Of a stretch of 64,000 nt of DNA, positions 48,254 through 62,955 are shown one piece after another; within the stretch, counting starts at the first letter, position 1; each line of letters begins with the position of its first letter. Source of the DNA: the human T2T-CHM13v2.0 reference genome, Homo sapiens; assembly GCF_009914755.1 (NCBI RefSeq), contig NC_060932.1. One strand, given 5' to 3'. Below the pieces are notes generated by a model that was given only the letters and a program-made list of their open reading frames with translations, had not been told where the DNA came from and did not search any database. Position numbers and translations under genes: made by a program.

Positions 48254-49554
48254 GCCCTCTGAGAGGCATCATAGTAGGCTAACCAGAAGGACTCAGGAAT
48301 GAGGGAGTGGGTAATTGCACTTTAGTGAGCAATACTCTAGAATTTAGACTATCATTTTAGTTGTTGGTTCTGCTATGAGAAGAAAGGTTAACCTGGAAAG
48401 TATAGTAAGAAAAACTCACAAAACTAATCACTGAGGATTGAAAAAACTTTGAAATTTTCTGAAAATCGAAGAGAAGCTTAATGGAAGCCTGCAAATGTGA
48501 AAGAAGATGTATATAACTTGCAGCTCTTCAATTTAAAAGAGAGCAAATCATGGTGGCCTTAAACTGCAACATACAGGATTTTACAGAAGGATAAGGTTTT
48601 GATGGGAATTGCTAAGAAAAGAATAGGAGGTCACTGTAATTTGCACATATTCTCATGAGTCTGAGTAGTGTGGGGATGGCCTTTCTGAACTTGAGGGATT
48701 AGAACAAATGTCATAGGTTTCTTCGAGTTGAAAGTTCTAATAAAAATTAAACAGCACTTTATAAATGTTTGCAAGAAGACAGCCAAATCTTCCATATAAG
48801 GCCAACTCAGTCTTCCTGAAAGTTAGCTTCCGTCAGCTCAAGAACTTTGGTGCGATTTACTGTCATTTGTTTGCAAGTAAGCCAGTTTTTATTTTCCTCC
48901 TTTTTGTTGAGAATCAGAGATGATTTGAACTGTTTTTCTATCAGTGAAGCCATAGAAGTTTATCCTAGATATATCCAGATGGTTTTCATTGCTTAGGTTG
49001 ATTTCTGTTAAACTGTTTAATAGTGTTAATAATCCTTTTAATATATTTAAATTTGTGTGGAAAGTAGAGGGGGACAGATCTGATACAGATTGGAAGTCAC
49101 AGCTCCAGCAGGACTTCTGTTGATTTGTTAAAATCCAACTGTGGTCTCTAATACTTGTTCCAGTTTTGCTGAACCCACAGTCACCTCTTCCTTTAAGCTG
49201 TGGCTCTCAACTGCAATGGTTCATTTAATAAGGACATTCACGGAATGTGGACCTCACTGCTCTGGAAGTGTAGGTTTTAATATGAGATGTATGCTTTAGA
49301 AAAATAAATTTAACTATAGCATACTCAATAGAGGAAAAGGCAAACTGTGGAGGAAAAAATATTAACAAGATTGTCTTTCACATTCAATGAATTCCAGGCC
49401 TGTCAATTTTCATTCATAAATATCTAATATCTGTGCCCTCCAGCCCATCTCACAAGGCATGGCCCTAGCTTCCTCCTCTACTAGATCAACAAGGCCTCCT
49501 GGCTGGCTAGTCACTTTGCTTTCAACTTTACCCCTATAAAGATAATGAACCAAC

Positions 49555-49782
49555 GTGAGAGGCCAGGAGTTTGAGAACAGCCTGGACAACATAGCAAGAC
49601 CTCCATATCTACAAAAAAATTTAAAAATTGCTGGGTGCAGTGGTATGCACTTGTAGTCTCAGCTACCTGAGATGCAGAGAAGGGAGGATTACTTGAGCCT
49701 GGGAGGTCGAGGCTGCGGTGTGCTTTATCACACCACTGCACTCCAGCCTGGGTGACAGCAAGAGACCGCCTCTATAAAAAAT
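49555..49782 (+). mobile_element. 5'-truncated AluJ-like
   Basis: ggccaggagtttgagaacagcctggacaacatagcaagacc...gagcctgggaggtcgaggctgc. Confidence 0.9.
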
Positions 49783-51789
49783 GATAATGCATAAAAATAA
49801 GCGACATGATAATTAAGAAGTGTTGGTAGATTGCTTTTGGGTTAGGCACAGTGCTAAATGCTTTCCATGATCTAATTTACCCTTCACAATAGCATAAGGT
49901 AAGTTTTATTCCTGTCTCCATTTTAAATATGAGCAAATTAAAGCTCAGAGAGTTTAAGCAACTTGCCCAAATCATAGGCAAGTTCTATCCTTCCCATTCA
50001 ACTAGAGTGTGAATGCAAACCATGTCATTTTGCTGATTAAAACCCCTATTGTCTTGTTGAAACAAACAAAATGAAGCAAAATTTCCTTAGCAAGGCATTT
50101 AAATAGTAATGATCACAGTGAAAAATTGAGTACTTTCTATGTGCTCAGAGTTTCAGCTATGTGGTTACAAGTCCTTACCACAACGCTACAAGATATATGT
50201 GCTTTTCACTATGGTAGACAAAAAAAAACTGGGGTCTCAGAGGAAATTTCCATAGTCAAAAAGTTATTATTAATTGGCAGAAATGGGATTCCAACCGAGT
50301 ATGTTTGACCCCAGTCCTGCATTTTCCCTTAGGCTACTCTGCCTTTCCTATAGCCTGACCTCTGACAATCTATGTGAGTTCACATTCCCTCATTCCTTTT
50401 TCTCCCTTTGTTCTACTCCTATACTCAAGTAATTCTGGAACACAGGCCATTTCACAAAGATTCTCTTCCCTATACACCATATTTACTTTTATTTCTTGTT
50501 TACTTAGCAAGCTTCTACATATCATTTCAGGTTTAGTTCTAACAAGCCTTTTCTTATGAACCTTTGTTTGATCTTCCTCCCTCCATCCTCTCCTTGCTAG
50601 AAGATAACTGCTTTATTTTCAATGGTACTTTGTAAATAGTTGTGAGGAGATAGCCATCTGACTTAATTATGAATGTTTATTTATAATAGACAGTGAGGAA
50701 TCATATATTGATTCATTTTGGTCAACTAATTATTCTGAATGCCTACTGATGTGTCTTAAATTTATCTCTGTTTTCCAAGCTCTTAGCACAGGGCTTGACA
50801 CTTAAATGTTTTAAAAAATGGTTGTATGAATAAATGACTAAATAAATGGAGGCTTCACTCCGTAACATGAGGGGGCTGAATCAACAGCAGTCATTTCTGA
50901 ATCAGATGACACAGCTCCTGAAATATGGTTTGCCATGATTCACTTTCCTTCTCCATTCATAGACAGGGCCTCCTTGATTTAACTATCATTTTCTAAAAGA
51001 TGCATAAAATAGCTGTTAAACCCTTCTACCTCCTAAAAGTTGCAAATACAAGGAAACCTTTGCTAGGTCATTCCAACAGAGTGATACTTCAAATCCTGGG
51101 TTCTCTCTTTCTGTCTCACCTACCCTGTGTAATCTCGCATCCAAACTACAAATAATATGCAGGCATGTCTGACAGACAGGACAAGGAAAGAGGCAGAGAT
51201 AGCTGCTCTCTTCATTCTTTCTCTAAGGACCAAAAATTTCATTTCTGTCCACTCTCATCTGGCAACACCACGCGTCTCTCTTGCCTATTCCTTGCCACTC
51301 GGCCTTTTCCCCTAAGTTGCCCAGTGCTTCAGCTATGTGGTTACAAGTTGTTACCACAATGCTACAAGATATGTGTGCTTTTCACTGTGGTAGACGAAAA
51401 AAATGGAGTCTCAGAGGAAATTTCCTGCCTCTGCTCTCTCTGGTCACACACGCTCTGCCCCCTCCAGCAGGGTTGAAACTACAGATGCCAGCTGGGCAGG
51501 TTCAGGATCCATGCAGGCCAGGGAAGGAAAGCAGCTGCTGTTTCTCACTGCTGTCCCTCAGAGCACACCCACTGCCCATGCCTGAAGTCACCTGGGGGAT
51601 GTAAGGGTGCATGGGTGTGCACACACACACACGTGTGTGCTGGGGGAGATGGAAGGCAGTATTTGAGATCGGACCTGTCTATTTGCAATTTGAATAATCC
51701 AGCCAACAGGAGCTCAGCATTTTTCAGGCCACACCATATATATTTACACACATACATATACACAAAACTACTGCTTCTGGCTCAATTTT

Positions 51790-52005
51790 AATAATAATAG
51801 CTATTATTTATAGAACTCATTTATGTCAGACATTGTGCTAAGTGCTTTGAAAGGATTATCTAATTTAATCTCTACAGCCACCCTCTGAAACAGATTTTTA
51901 TCATTATCCTCTTTTACAGAGAGAGAGAGAGAAACCAAGACTTAGGAGAGGTAAGACACTTGTCTCTCATTACTCAGTAGGGAAGCTGGGATTTGAGTTC
52001 AGCCA
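51790..52005. mobile_element. MIR
   Basis: aataatagcta...gacattgtgctaagtgcttt...atttaatct...ttttacaga...gctgggatttgagttcag. Confidence 0.75.
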
Positions 52006-52969
52006 TTGCAGTGAAGCTGGGGTTCAGGTTCCCAGTCTGCAGGCTTGACGATCTCTAAAGTCATTGCCCTGGAACTGGGATTCTGTTAAGCAGATGTCCT
52101 TTCACCCAAGTCTCATGGACTTTCTCTTGATGAGTGCAAAGACCTAAGGAAAAGACCTGTGATGAGGACAGGGCCGTGAGCTGAGGCTTATTCTTTAATA
52201 AGAGTTATCTTTGTGGCACTTATCCTTTATCTATAAATTCTTGTCTATCCTAAGGGTACTGAAGCATGAGAAACATTGCGACAGAATATAGAGTTGAAAT
52301 ACTGACAGAACAATGGCATAATTAGTTTGTCCAAAAGAACCCAAGCCAACTACAATTTGGCTTGGTTATGCATGGAATTAGAATCTATCTCTGCCAGTCC
52401 CACTAGCATCATCATAAAAAAAAGCACTCAGACCATGGCTGGCCAGTGAATTGGACCTTGGCAACCTATACAATTATTTTCTATGTGTCATATGTGAAAA
52501 CGATGCTAGTCCATTACTGTCAGTGGGATGCACATTAATATTTATTAATTAATTCCACAGACATTTATTGAGTCCCTACTGTGTTACAGGTACCAGGTCA
52601 GGTTCTGTATGCAGTACTCCAATTAAAAGTTATGATTTTTGCCCTCCCCTAGGAGTTCATTATCAAGAAGTACAGGGGTGGGAGGAGATAAAGTAAGATG
52701 ATTAAAGTTGGGAGACCTAAGGCTATATGCAGTATAAAGCACTCTCTTGTTTTGGAGATTAGTGGTGATATTTTAATGAAGTAATTTGGAAAGGCTTCAA
52801 GGAGGAGGGGTCCTTTTATATGTAATAAAAGGGTAGGAACTTAAAAGGCAGAAATGCTGGAGGAGTGCATTCAAAGAAAGGAGAATGTCAACACTTAACG
52901 AGCTACATAAACTAGGCAAACTAAGTTTGGGCAAAGTGTTTTAACTTAGCCAAACTGCTTCACCTTTAG

Positions 52970-53317
<348 letters not shown>

Positions 53318-56300
53318 TAATAAGATCTCTTGGCAACTTTTTACGACTGGCAACTTAGGTCTCACAAACACAGAAAAGCTTGTCTTTAAGTATATTGTCT
53401 TTGAAAAGTTAATACACTCTCTAAATGCTCCATTTAAAATGATTTACTTTATAAATGCATGCACTGAGAGAAAAGATATTTGAATGATATACACCACAAT
53501 GTTAAATTAACTGTGATTGTTTCTAAGTATTGGCACTATGGTTAATTTTCTTTTTCTTGTTTATGCTTTTCTGAGTTTTTCAAACCCCCAATAATAAAGA
53601 TGTATCTCTTCTATAACCAATCAAAAGTACAAAAGTTACTCAAAATAACCCTTTAAATGTTATGTTTTAGAGACAGAGTCAGAGTCACTCAGCTCATGCA
53701 TTTAACAAATAGTTAAGTCCTACTCACTGTCCTTGGCATTATGGATACAGAAGTGATTCAGACAAAATTTCCTTACAGAGGTTGCAGTCTACTGAGGAAA
53801 AATAAATGAAATAACAAAAAAATTTTAAAATATAGAATATTATATTTTAGGAATAAATAAGGTTATGTGAAAGAGAGTAATAAGAACAAACAAATTGGTA
53901 GGAGAGTTTAGAGAGAATTGCTCAGAGCAGTTGGCATTTGGGTTGGATCCTAAGGATGAGTAGGGGTCAGGCTAGGAAGAGTGTCAGGTGGGGTGGACAA
54001 GTGTGTCTGACCCCTGGGGCAGAAAACAGCTTGCCACAGTGGGCAGGACAAATGACACTAACTTATAACTGATTTAATGAAGGTAAATGAGTAAAGTTTA
54101 TCAGAGCACCACACTGAAGTGAAAAATAGTCTGGTATTCAATTATTTTGGATTTTTCCTCTTCAACAGTATTGTCACTGTTATTTAACATCATGATTATT
54201 TGGTTTGCTATAGTCGTTACCTTCCTTACCAAATTACATACAGCACCCAAACAACAAATGCTGCTGGCTATTTAAAAATAAAGTTGTGTTAAGGTAGTGT
54301 GATTATTTAACCTGAGAGTTTCATGTGAAAATGTACCTACCCTACAATGTTAATTTGTTCAATTTCTAATGTCTTTACAACTCTACAGGAAAGTGTTTTC
54401 TCTCAAATACCCTTACTGCCATACTTCTCACTCAAATAACCTTGGAAATATCAGGATATTATAGAAAGAAGCCAGGGCTTTCACATAATCAGGGGCTATT
54501 CACCAGAGTCATTTCTGGTTGATTTGGAAGACATTTTCCTTAATTAAACAGACCTATTTATTCTCAAAAAGAAAAAAGAACCCAATGGGGAAAATAGAAG
54601 GAGGAAAGAAACCCCACCCTGTCGAAATTATGTACTAAGTTGTACTTCTGGAATTATAGATTTGAAAGAAACAATCACAAAAGGACTTTTGAAGTAAGTT
54701 TCCCCTAAGTAATTTGAAATTTGGCAGAATGACACATTCCCTCGGGGTGCTCATCCACCATATCAATCCCCGTGCAATAGAAATGCACCATTACTCGGAG
54801 CATGCTGGTGCAGAGGGCCAGGCCAGCACTGGAGATTAATTCTTTCCTATTCTGAAAAGAGCTAAAGAGGATCCTAACAAGCCACCAATTTCCTAATGCT
54901 CCCTGGAAACAAATGCTTTGGGACCTGGTGACAATAGTGACCTTTAAAAATCTTGGGTCCTTAAAACAGATAAGGAAGATAATAATAATAACTATTATTA
55001 TCTGATCTTTTTATATTAAAGCATAATGTGATAATTTATTAGTCTGCTCACCAAATGACAAAAGATGAGACTCACCTCTAATTAGGTATCAGTTGGGTAC
55101 CTTGCCATTATGGAATGAATTTAGGTCACTATGTTTTTTATCCACACTTGCAAAATATCTGTGATGGGAAAAACCATTGTCTTCCTTGAAGCAGGATGGG
55201 AAAGAAACAAAGGTCTAGTCTTCTTTTTTTCTTTTTACATTCTAAAGAAGTGTTTTATTTGGTTCTTCATTAGCAGCTATAAATTCTAGATATAGCATAC
55301 ACATAGTAGGCGTTCTTGAGTGTTTTTGCAAATTCACTTCATTTTATTAAACAGGAATGCAGTGGCTTCATCCTCTGTTGAAATAGTCCTATCAAATTCT
55401 CTGTACAACTCTGAACTTAAATGCTACAGACAACTGCTTAATCTTCCAAAGAATTCTTGCAGCGTAGGAATAGTTTCAGAGGGTAATTCCTTTTCTTTTC
55501 TTTTTTCCAAGCAATACCAGCCTTCCTATCAACAGCAGTGTTTGAGATGTTTGGGGCTTTACCTTTGATGAATACATGACATGCCACGTTCTATGGGTCT
55601 ACAGATTCATCACTCTCTAAATTTATAGGGATGTATGCAGTGTGATTTGATAAATTGTTTTGTTTTGCTTTTCATCACTCACACGCTATTGAAAGGACGC
55701 TCCCTGTATATCTTAGCGACCATCTATCAAAAATAAGCCTTGGGGAGAACAAATAAAATGCAGTAAAAACTTGTTGAACTGATAACTATATAATATGAAT
55801 GTGTCATCTCTGAATATGAAGGACCACTATATGAGGCTCATATTTTATTTTTTTTTAGCAGGTTTATATATCTGTTTCCCAGTGGTTTAAACTGCATTTT
55901 TGGTTCAAATGTTTGCAAAGCTTCCCAACTGTCTTTGGGAAAAGAGTACTATAAATTAAAATGATTATTAATCTTACTAAATCTATTCCTTTTACTGGCA
56001 TTTACTTAGGAGATACATGCCTCCTATAATGGATTGGTCTGGCAACTTACTTGACATAGTAGTACATGAAATAAGAATTTGAAGGAGCTTGATACTGTTT
56101 TGGTTTGTTTTTTTTTAAAAGGAAAAAAAATCTCTATTAAACTGAGAAGCATATTGACCAAAAAAAAAAAAAAAGGTTAAAAAGAGAACACTAAGACTTT
56201 ATAAACTGCCAAACCTGTCAATTTAAATCAAGGGGAGAATGATAATGATTGCATTTATAAATTAAAATTATATTTCATCAGGAGAACTACAAGTTTCCTC

Positions 56301-56745
56301 TAATTACTAAAATGTTCTCTATCCAAGGCCAATATTAAGTATGAGTCTATGAAAATATGTTCGAATCCCATAACTGCTTTATAGGTTACAGGGTCTAAAT
56401 TTCTTACCAGAGACAGACAGCATAACGGTAACTCTGCTAAACAGATATACTTAAAAATGGGTACCATTTTGTAGGTATTAGCTTATCTTCAACATGACAG
56501 ATAATGAGAAACCTACTTTGCCAATATACAGTGAACAATGAACGATCAGAGAAAATAAGTTAAAAAAAATGAAGATATCAAATTTGCCCTTCTGACAGGA
56601 GACATCTGAAAGATTGATAATTCCAGGGCTGTTGATGGCATGGGGCAAATGGGAATTGTTATACACTATTAGCACTTTTCAGCTCTTAGGAAGAATTAAG
56701 TATATCGTACTGATACAAAATGATTTCTAAGTCATACTGTTGAGT

Positions 56746-58882
56746 GAAAAGGTACGTTACACATAACTCTATTCAATTTATGTAAATGCCTCCCCCTCCA
56801 TGTATGTACAAAATAAATGCAAAAATGAAGATATAAAAGGTTTCATACCAAACTACCAATAGAGCTTGGGGCAGGGGCAGGGGCAGGAAAAAGGGTGCAA
56901 AATAAAAGGGCTTTTCACTTTTTACTCTTTATCAACTAAACTTTTTACAGCAAGAGACACCCTCATATTTCTTATATAATAATTATTTTAAAGAAAACAT
57001 AGCTTTTAAAAAACTTGTTGGATGAATTACCTCATTCACAATTTTGCAGAGAATTCCAAAGCAGCAACAGACATCATTTCGTTTCAGTAAATTTATGGTT
57101 TGCAAACTGTAGGGGTTTCTTGAGTTCTCTCTAGGGAGGGAATGAAGGTTTTACATACATACACACACACACACACACACATACACACACCCCTCCCCAG
57201 CAACTCTGGAGGTTTCTTATGTAATCATTATTTTAAAGAAAACATAGCTTTGTAAAAACTTGTTGGATGAATTATCTCATTAACAATTTTGCATAGAATT
57301 CCAAAGGGAGAACAGGTATCATTTCATTCAATTGAATTTATGGTTTGCAAACTGTACTCTAAGCCTTACTCTAGACTCTGGCTTCCAGATTTGCCTTTTT
57401 GTTTCACAAGTTAGAATTAAATGTAAGATTGTGTGTAAGCAGTGTTTCAGGACTTAAAAATGCTTAAGGGCTATTCCAACTCCAATTTGTCCCTGCAAGG
57501 ACACAATTGGCTTGATGCCACACCCTAGTGGCAGAACTCAGAGAACACTGTCTGTTGTCTGTGCCGTGCCCTGTTGCCCTGTACCACATGGCCTCTCTGT
57601 AACACTTGGGTTCCACCCATTTCATGTGCCTAGCCCTTACCTGAAAGTCAGATACAGCCAGCAGTAGAGCCAAAGCAAGGAGAACACCTCACTTTACACC
57701 AATGTTCCTATTCATTTCCTCTTACATGTTTACATGTATTTTTCAATACTATATAAAGGTAAAATTATGTAAAGTCTTCTAGCTTCTTTAAGAAGGATAA
57801 TTTTTATAAAATTTTTATAATTTTTATAAGTACACAAAATGAAAAAAAGATAGGCTTCTGCCATTTTCCTGGAGATAAAAAGGATTGCCAAACTAATTAA
57901 TAAAATGACATTTATTACAGTCAGTAAAATATAACACTGAGTACAAAATAGCTTAAATGAGTCACCTCCCCCACCCAATTAAGAGCTGACCCACAAGATC
58001 CAAGAGGACCATAACTCAAAGGAGGCAGGAGCGCCACTCATTCTGCAGGAACCAAACTGCAGCAGCACATTCTCCCAAGAAAACAGCTCATTGTCATTGT
58101 CACCTGCAGAGACAAACTGAACCAAAGACAGACAGTTACAGGCCCTGAGAGGGCAACGAGAAAGCCGCCCAACTGGGTTTTAGTTACTGTCACACAATGA
58201 AAAAGAGCAGTGAAATAGCAACCTGATGTAGATGCCTGACCCTCCTGTAGGTCTTTGCTCATCCCTTCCTTTCACAAGGCTCTTCCCTGCTCTGAATTCC
58301 TAGTCTTTTTTTTTTAAACCCTGGTGTTAGTATCACTTATTTTAGCTCTGAATGATACATTGGTCAGTGCTGTGGCTTAATTATTTCCTTGTAGATGATG
58401 TGTCTTCCCACCTGGGTCATAGACACAAGGAGAGCAGGATCATAGCTTGTAAGGTCTATGTAATAAGCGAAAAGGTAAGTTATTGAATAACAACTATATT
58501 CAATTTATGTAAATGCCTCCCCCCCATGTATACATAAAATAAGTGCAGAAATGAGGATATGAAAGTAGTAAGTTACAGAATAATAACTATATTCAATTTA
58601 TGTAAATGCCTCCCCCTCCATGTATACACAAAATAAATGCAAAAGTGAGGATATGAAAGGTTTTATATCAAACTACCAATAGAGCTTGGGGCAGTGGTGG
58701 GGGCAGAAAAAAGGGTACAAGATAAAAGGGCTTTTCACTTGCTACTCTGCGTCAACTAAACTTTTTACATCAAGAGAAATCCTCATATTTCTCATGTAAT
58801 CATTATTTTTAAAAAACCCAGCTTTTTAAAAACTTGTTGGATGAAGTACTTCATTCACAATTTTGCGTAGAACTCCAAGGCA
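56746..58882 (+). repeat. Cluster of local direct duplications: A 56746-57111; B 57213-57356 (=56968-57111); C1 58469-58565 (=start of A); C2 58568-58882 (=56752-57063)
   Basis: Shared strings tattcaatttatgtaaatgcctcccc (x3), aaaaacttgttggatgaa (x3), caaactaccaatagagcttggggcag (x2) and aatttatggtttgcaaactgta (x2). Confidence 0.93.
57163..57190. repeat. (CA)n microsatellite
   Basis: Direct reading. Confidence 0.9.
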
Positions 58883-58904
58883 ATGGAATGATATAGCCAA
58901 CATA

Positions 58905-59240
58905 TAATCAGTTACTTTTAATTAAAGGAGACAGCCCTCAATAATAAGGGGTGGGCCTCATGTAATCAGTAGAAAGGCCTTAAAAGCAAAACCAAGTTTT
59001 TCCTGAGAAATAGAAAATCTGATTCGAGGCTACAGCATCAACCCTTGCCTGAGAGTGCCTAGCTGCCAGCCTGCCCTATGGATTTTGGACTTGACAGCTC
59101 CTGCAATCCCACAGGCCAACTGCTTAACATAAATTATATACATATACAATACAATAAATGTGTGTATGGATACATTCACACACATACACACACGTATATA
59201 TCTCCTACTGGTTCTGTTTCTCCAGAAAACCCAGATGATA
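58905..59240 (+). mobile_element. MLT2 (D-like) LTR fragment
   Basis: ggtgggcctcat...aatcagtagaaaggccttaa...ccagcctgccctatggattttggacttg...tctcctactggttctgtttctccagaaaaccc. Confidence 0.8.
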
Positions 59241-62200
59241 AAAGGGGTGGAAAAGATGCAAGGTTCTCCTATTTTGGAACTTACATTTTTCCAGGGGAAA
59301 ACTAAAAATCACTTAAATAACATCACTAGTCAAAAGCAATATATGAGTGATAGGGCTATGTAGGAAATAAAACAAGATAAATATGATTGCACATGAGTGG
59401 TGAGCTACATTTAGATTGGGTGGTCAGGGAAGGTGTCTCTGAAGCCATGACATTTAAGCTGAAATAAGAGCTGACATTCTCATTACTTTTTTTGTTCCTT
59501 CCATAGATCTTGCATAAAGTAATTTACATAGTATGCACTCAATAAATTATTTTGAATAAATAATGAACAGATTAATGATATGATCTTGTAGAAGACTGGC
59601 CATTTTAATTTCAGGTAACTAAGAAACAAGCTGAGTTTAAGACCTTAATGAGCAGAAAGTGTTTCCTCTAAGCTGAAATTACACCAACCTGGAACTGGAG
59701 GCTCTTGTTTCTCACTTGATTAATGAATGGAGGTGACCGATTAAGGTGTTTAAGGTATGCAATTGCTTTTATCTGACTCATTTGAAAGCAATATAGACAT
59801 GACACTGTTGGTAGACAAAGTCCAAAGCAGAACAAATATCCCTCTCTGACCCTATTATTCCCCTTCTTAATTCCCTCTCCTCCTTCAAAGCAAAAACACA
59901 CCCTACTCTAAACCTACCAGACTTGATGTTTATTCATGAGAAACAAAAGATCCTATATTTCATCTTTCTTACCTATGATTCTTCCTATCTGATGTGTGTG
60001 TATTTTTATGAGGGGCAGAGGAAAAAATGTGGAGAAAAAGTTGGCATTCTTCTAAACCTGAACCTAAGAGATGCCCTTATCATCCAAGAGCTGTGACTCC
60101 TATCAGTAAGGGGAGATTTGGGCCAAGTAACCACTTCAGATGGTGTGGCAAGACACAGGCATGACTCCCAAGGAACGCTGACTTGCAATTTATGTTTCTT
60201 GGCCCAGATAAGCTGACTTCTGAGTGTGAATGTAATAAGTATGTTAATAGTTAAGACCAAATGTGGGTGAAAGGCAGGGCAATCACCAATGAGTGAGCCC
60301 CTTTGGTTTGTTCTTTTCCAGGATTTCTTGGATTGCAGGTTTTCAAGTGGTAAGAAAGAACTGATGTTTAATCCGGCTTAAAAATATTTACTCTGTGCAG
60401 TTGAGTTCTGTGCATGTCAAGTATGAATAGAGTAGTCATGTTCAAAGGCAAGGGAGAAAAAAAGCAAATGACATACACAGACATACACACACACCATAAA
60501 GGCACAAGCTACATACCTTGTCTCCCCCTTTGCTCTAGTCTTGTGGAGTTTCTCCATCTTTTGTGGGTGCTGGTACCCCAGAAAAATTTCATGGGGGATG
60601 TGTCCTGTTGTGATTTTCCCTCACCTTGTTTTGAGATAAATTGGCTTGGACAATCCTGTTCTGCATAATGTATACTCCGTTTTTTTCTAATCCTAAACCT
60701 TGATCAAATTCCCCTTGGCCTTCAGCTCTGTTCAGGAATTGGAATGCTTTTGCCATGTCCCTGTTTGAACTTGATTTCAGATGGCTTCCCATTGCCTCCA
60801 ACCCTTTTTGGTTCCTTCCCCATTAACGACTTTCCACTGTGAACAAGATAATAGGTTTCAGCCTGTAGCTTATGCTCCCCTGCTCTGGACTTGGTCCTCC
60901 CTTCTTTTTGTGTGGCTGCTGCATTAACACTATAGCCATGTCCTGGGAGCAAATCTTAACAATACATGTTTGAATTTGTGTAATTCTTCCCATTGTAAGT
61001 TGGATGTGGGAGCCAAGGAGGAACACATAACTCAAACTAACCAGTATTTTGAACAGAATTATGACCTGCAGGTAATTCATGATTCTATTAATTGTTTGTT
61101 CTTTCCTGCTCTGAGTAAGATATTAGCCACCATTGAGTTCTTAACCATAATAAACGGGCAGACAAGGTGACAGTGGAAACAGGTCCTTGATTAAAAATCT
61201 ATGCCCTGCAAACCTGCAAATTAGGTAATCAGAGTACATGGAATAGAGTTTCTCAGCAAATGTAACCATTGCCGCAGACCTTTCAGAAAATAAATAGCCA
61301 CAGGTTTAAAGGATGAGAGATGAGTGATGACTGGAAAAGGAAAAAATATGCTTTAAAATGATTATATCTGATATCCACCTAAATCTTCAAAAACAGCATA
61401 AAATATCTGGTCTTGAAGAATGCCCAGCAGCTGGCTCATCTGCTTTTTTTCACCCCTTCCCTCCACTTGGCCCTCTGGAACTGAGCAAGGTTTTAGTACC
61501 TTGTTGACAGAGCCAAGAAGTGAATGATCGACACTAATGGGATTTTTAATCTTCAACCTAATTAACTTTGTTAAAATTAAGGCTTACTAGGAAGAATCGG
61601 CACAAAGAAATTAATTAAAGCAATGGAATTTTTGCTGGATTTAACAGCTGAGTACTGACTATATCTATAATGCACACAGAGACAGATACTTCCGATTCAT
61701 TGCCATTATTCTTTTGTCGCTTTGGTGTTTCCATTTTTGAGAATGCCTATGTTCCCAAACCTGAGGGTGCACACCTTTGTCACTGGCACAGAGACCACAC
61801 TTTACTGTAGAGGGGGATTTCCTTGTCTGTCAATGCCACCATACCCTTGACCTTGTTGGATGTGATTTGCCTTATGCCTAGCAAGTTACCTGGCTATGGC
61901 AAGTTTGATACATATTTGTTGAAAGAATAAATGCATGAATGAGTAAATAATGATAACTTTAAATACTTGATGGCAATAAGGGGTAGCATTGATGCTCCAG
62001 CTTATTTTTTTCACCTTGTGGTTATTACATGAAAAAAGGCAAAGACAAAAAGAATGGGATATTTTCTTTCTTGCAGAAACTAAGCAAGTTGATCTTTACA
62101 ATACCCCGTAGTGCACAGGAGAGTCTTTCAGGGGCACCTAGCTCTAAGCACATCTGCTACCAATGAAAATTCATGTATATACCTAAAGTGTTCTTAATAA

Positions 62201-62869
62201 AAAAATAAAACAATACCTTTGTTTTGGATCACAGAGAATGGAGCGTTTCAGATGACTCATCTTTGTTTAGTTGTAACTATCACAAAATATCCTGAATAGC
62301 AATATTTGTAAATTTTATCACAAATTTTCTTGACTCAAAGTTATTGCACAATGATCACAATTTAAAGATTTTTTTTATGACTGGGGCTTATCACCGTGAA
62401 TAGCAATTATTAAATGATGTGCTGTAAAACAGTGATACTTTCAGTCCACTGAGTTTCATAGGGTGGTAAGTTAGAATATTTTTCTTACGTTTCTTTACAT
62501 GAACATGGTGTTCTTCATGGAAGTTAAATTTGGAGAACCAGGTATACACTTGGCCCTCCTGATATACCTAGGCTCAGTTACCTACATTCATTTCAAGTAC
62601 AAGTTCTTAACTGTGCAAAAGGTGTAAATTCACTTTGAATGTAATTCATTCCTCCTAACCTAGTCCTTCTACTGGGTCCTTCATTTCAACAGTAGATTCT
62701 AAATAAATATGCTAGCACAGTGATTGTAACAGTAAAGAAAACTTGTGTTATAATCCCCTCATTCTTTATAAGCCCCTGGAATTTTTATTTATATTTAAAA
62801 TTTTTAAATAATAAAACAATGAAAACTGCAAGATGTGCTATTTTTGTTTGGTAAATACACATTTCAGTT

Positions 62870-62955
62870 CATGCATTATTTTATTATTTATTAATTTTAT
62901 TTTTTATTATTTTATATTACTTATTAAGTATTTTGCTATTATTATTATTTTACTG
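62870..62955. repeat. AT-rich low-complexity (TTA/TTTA) tract
   Basis: Direct reading. Confidence 0.8.
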
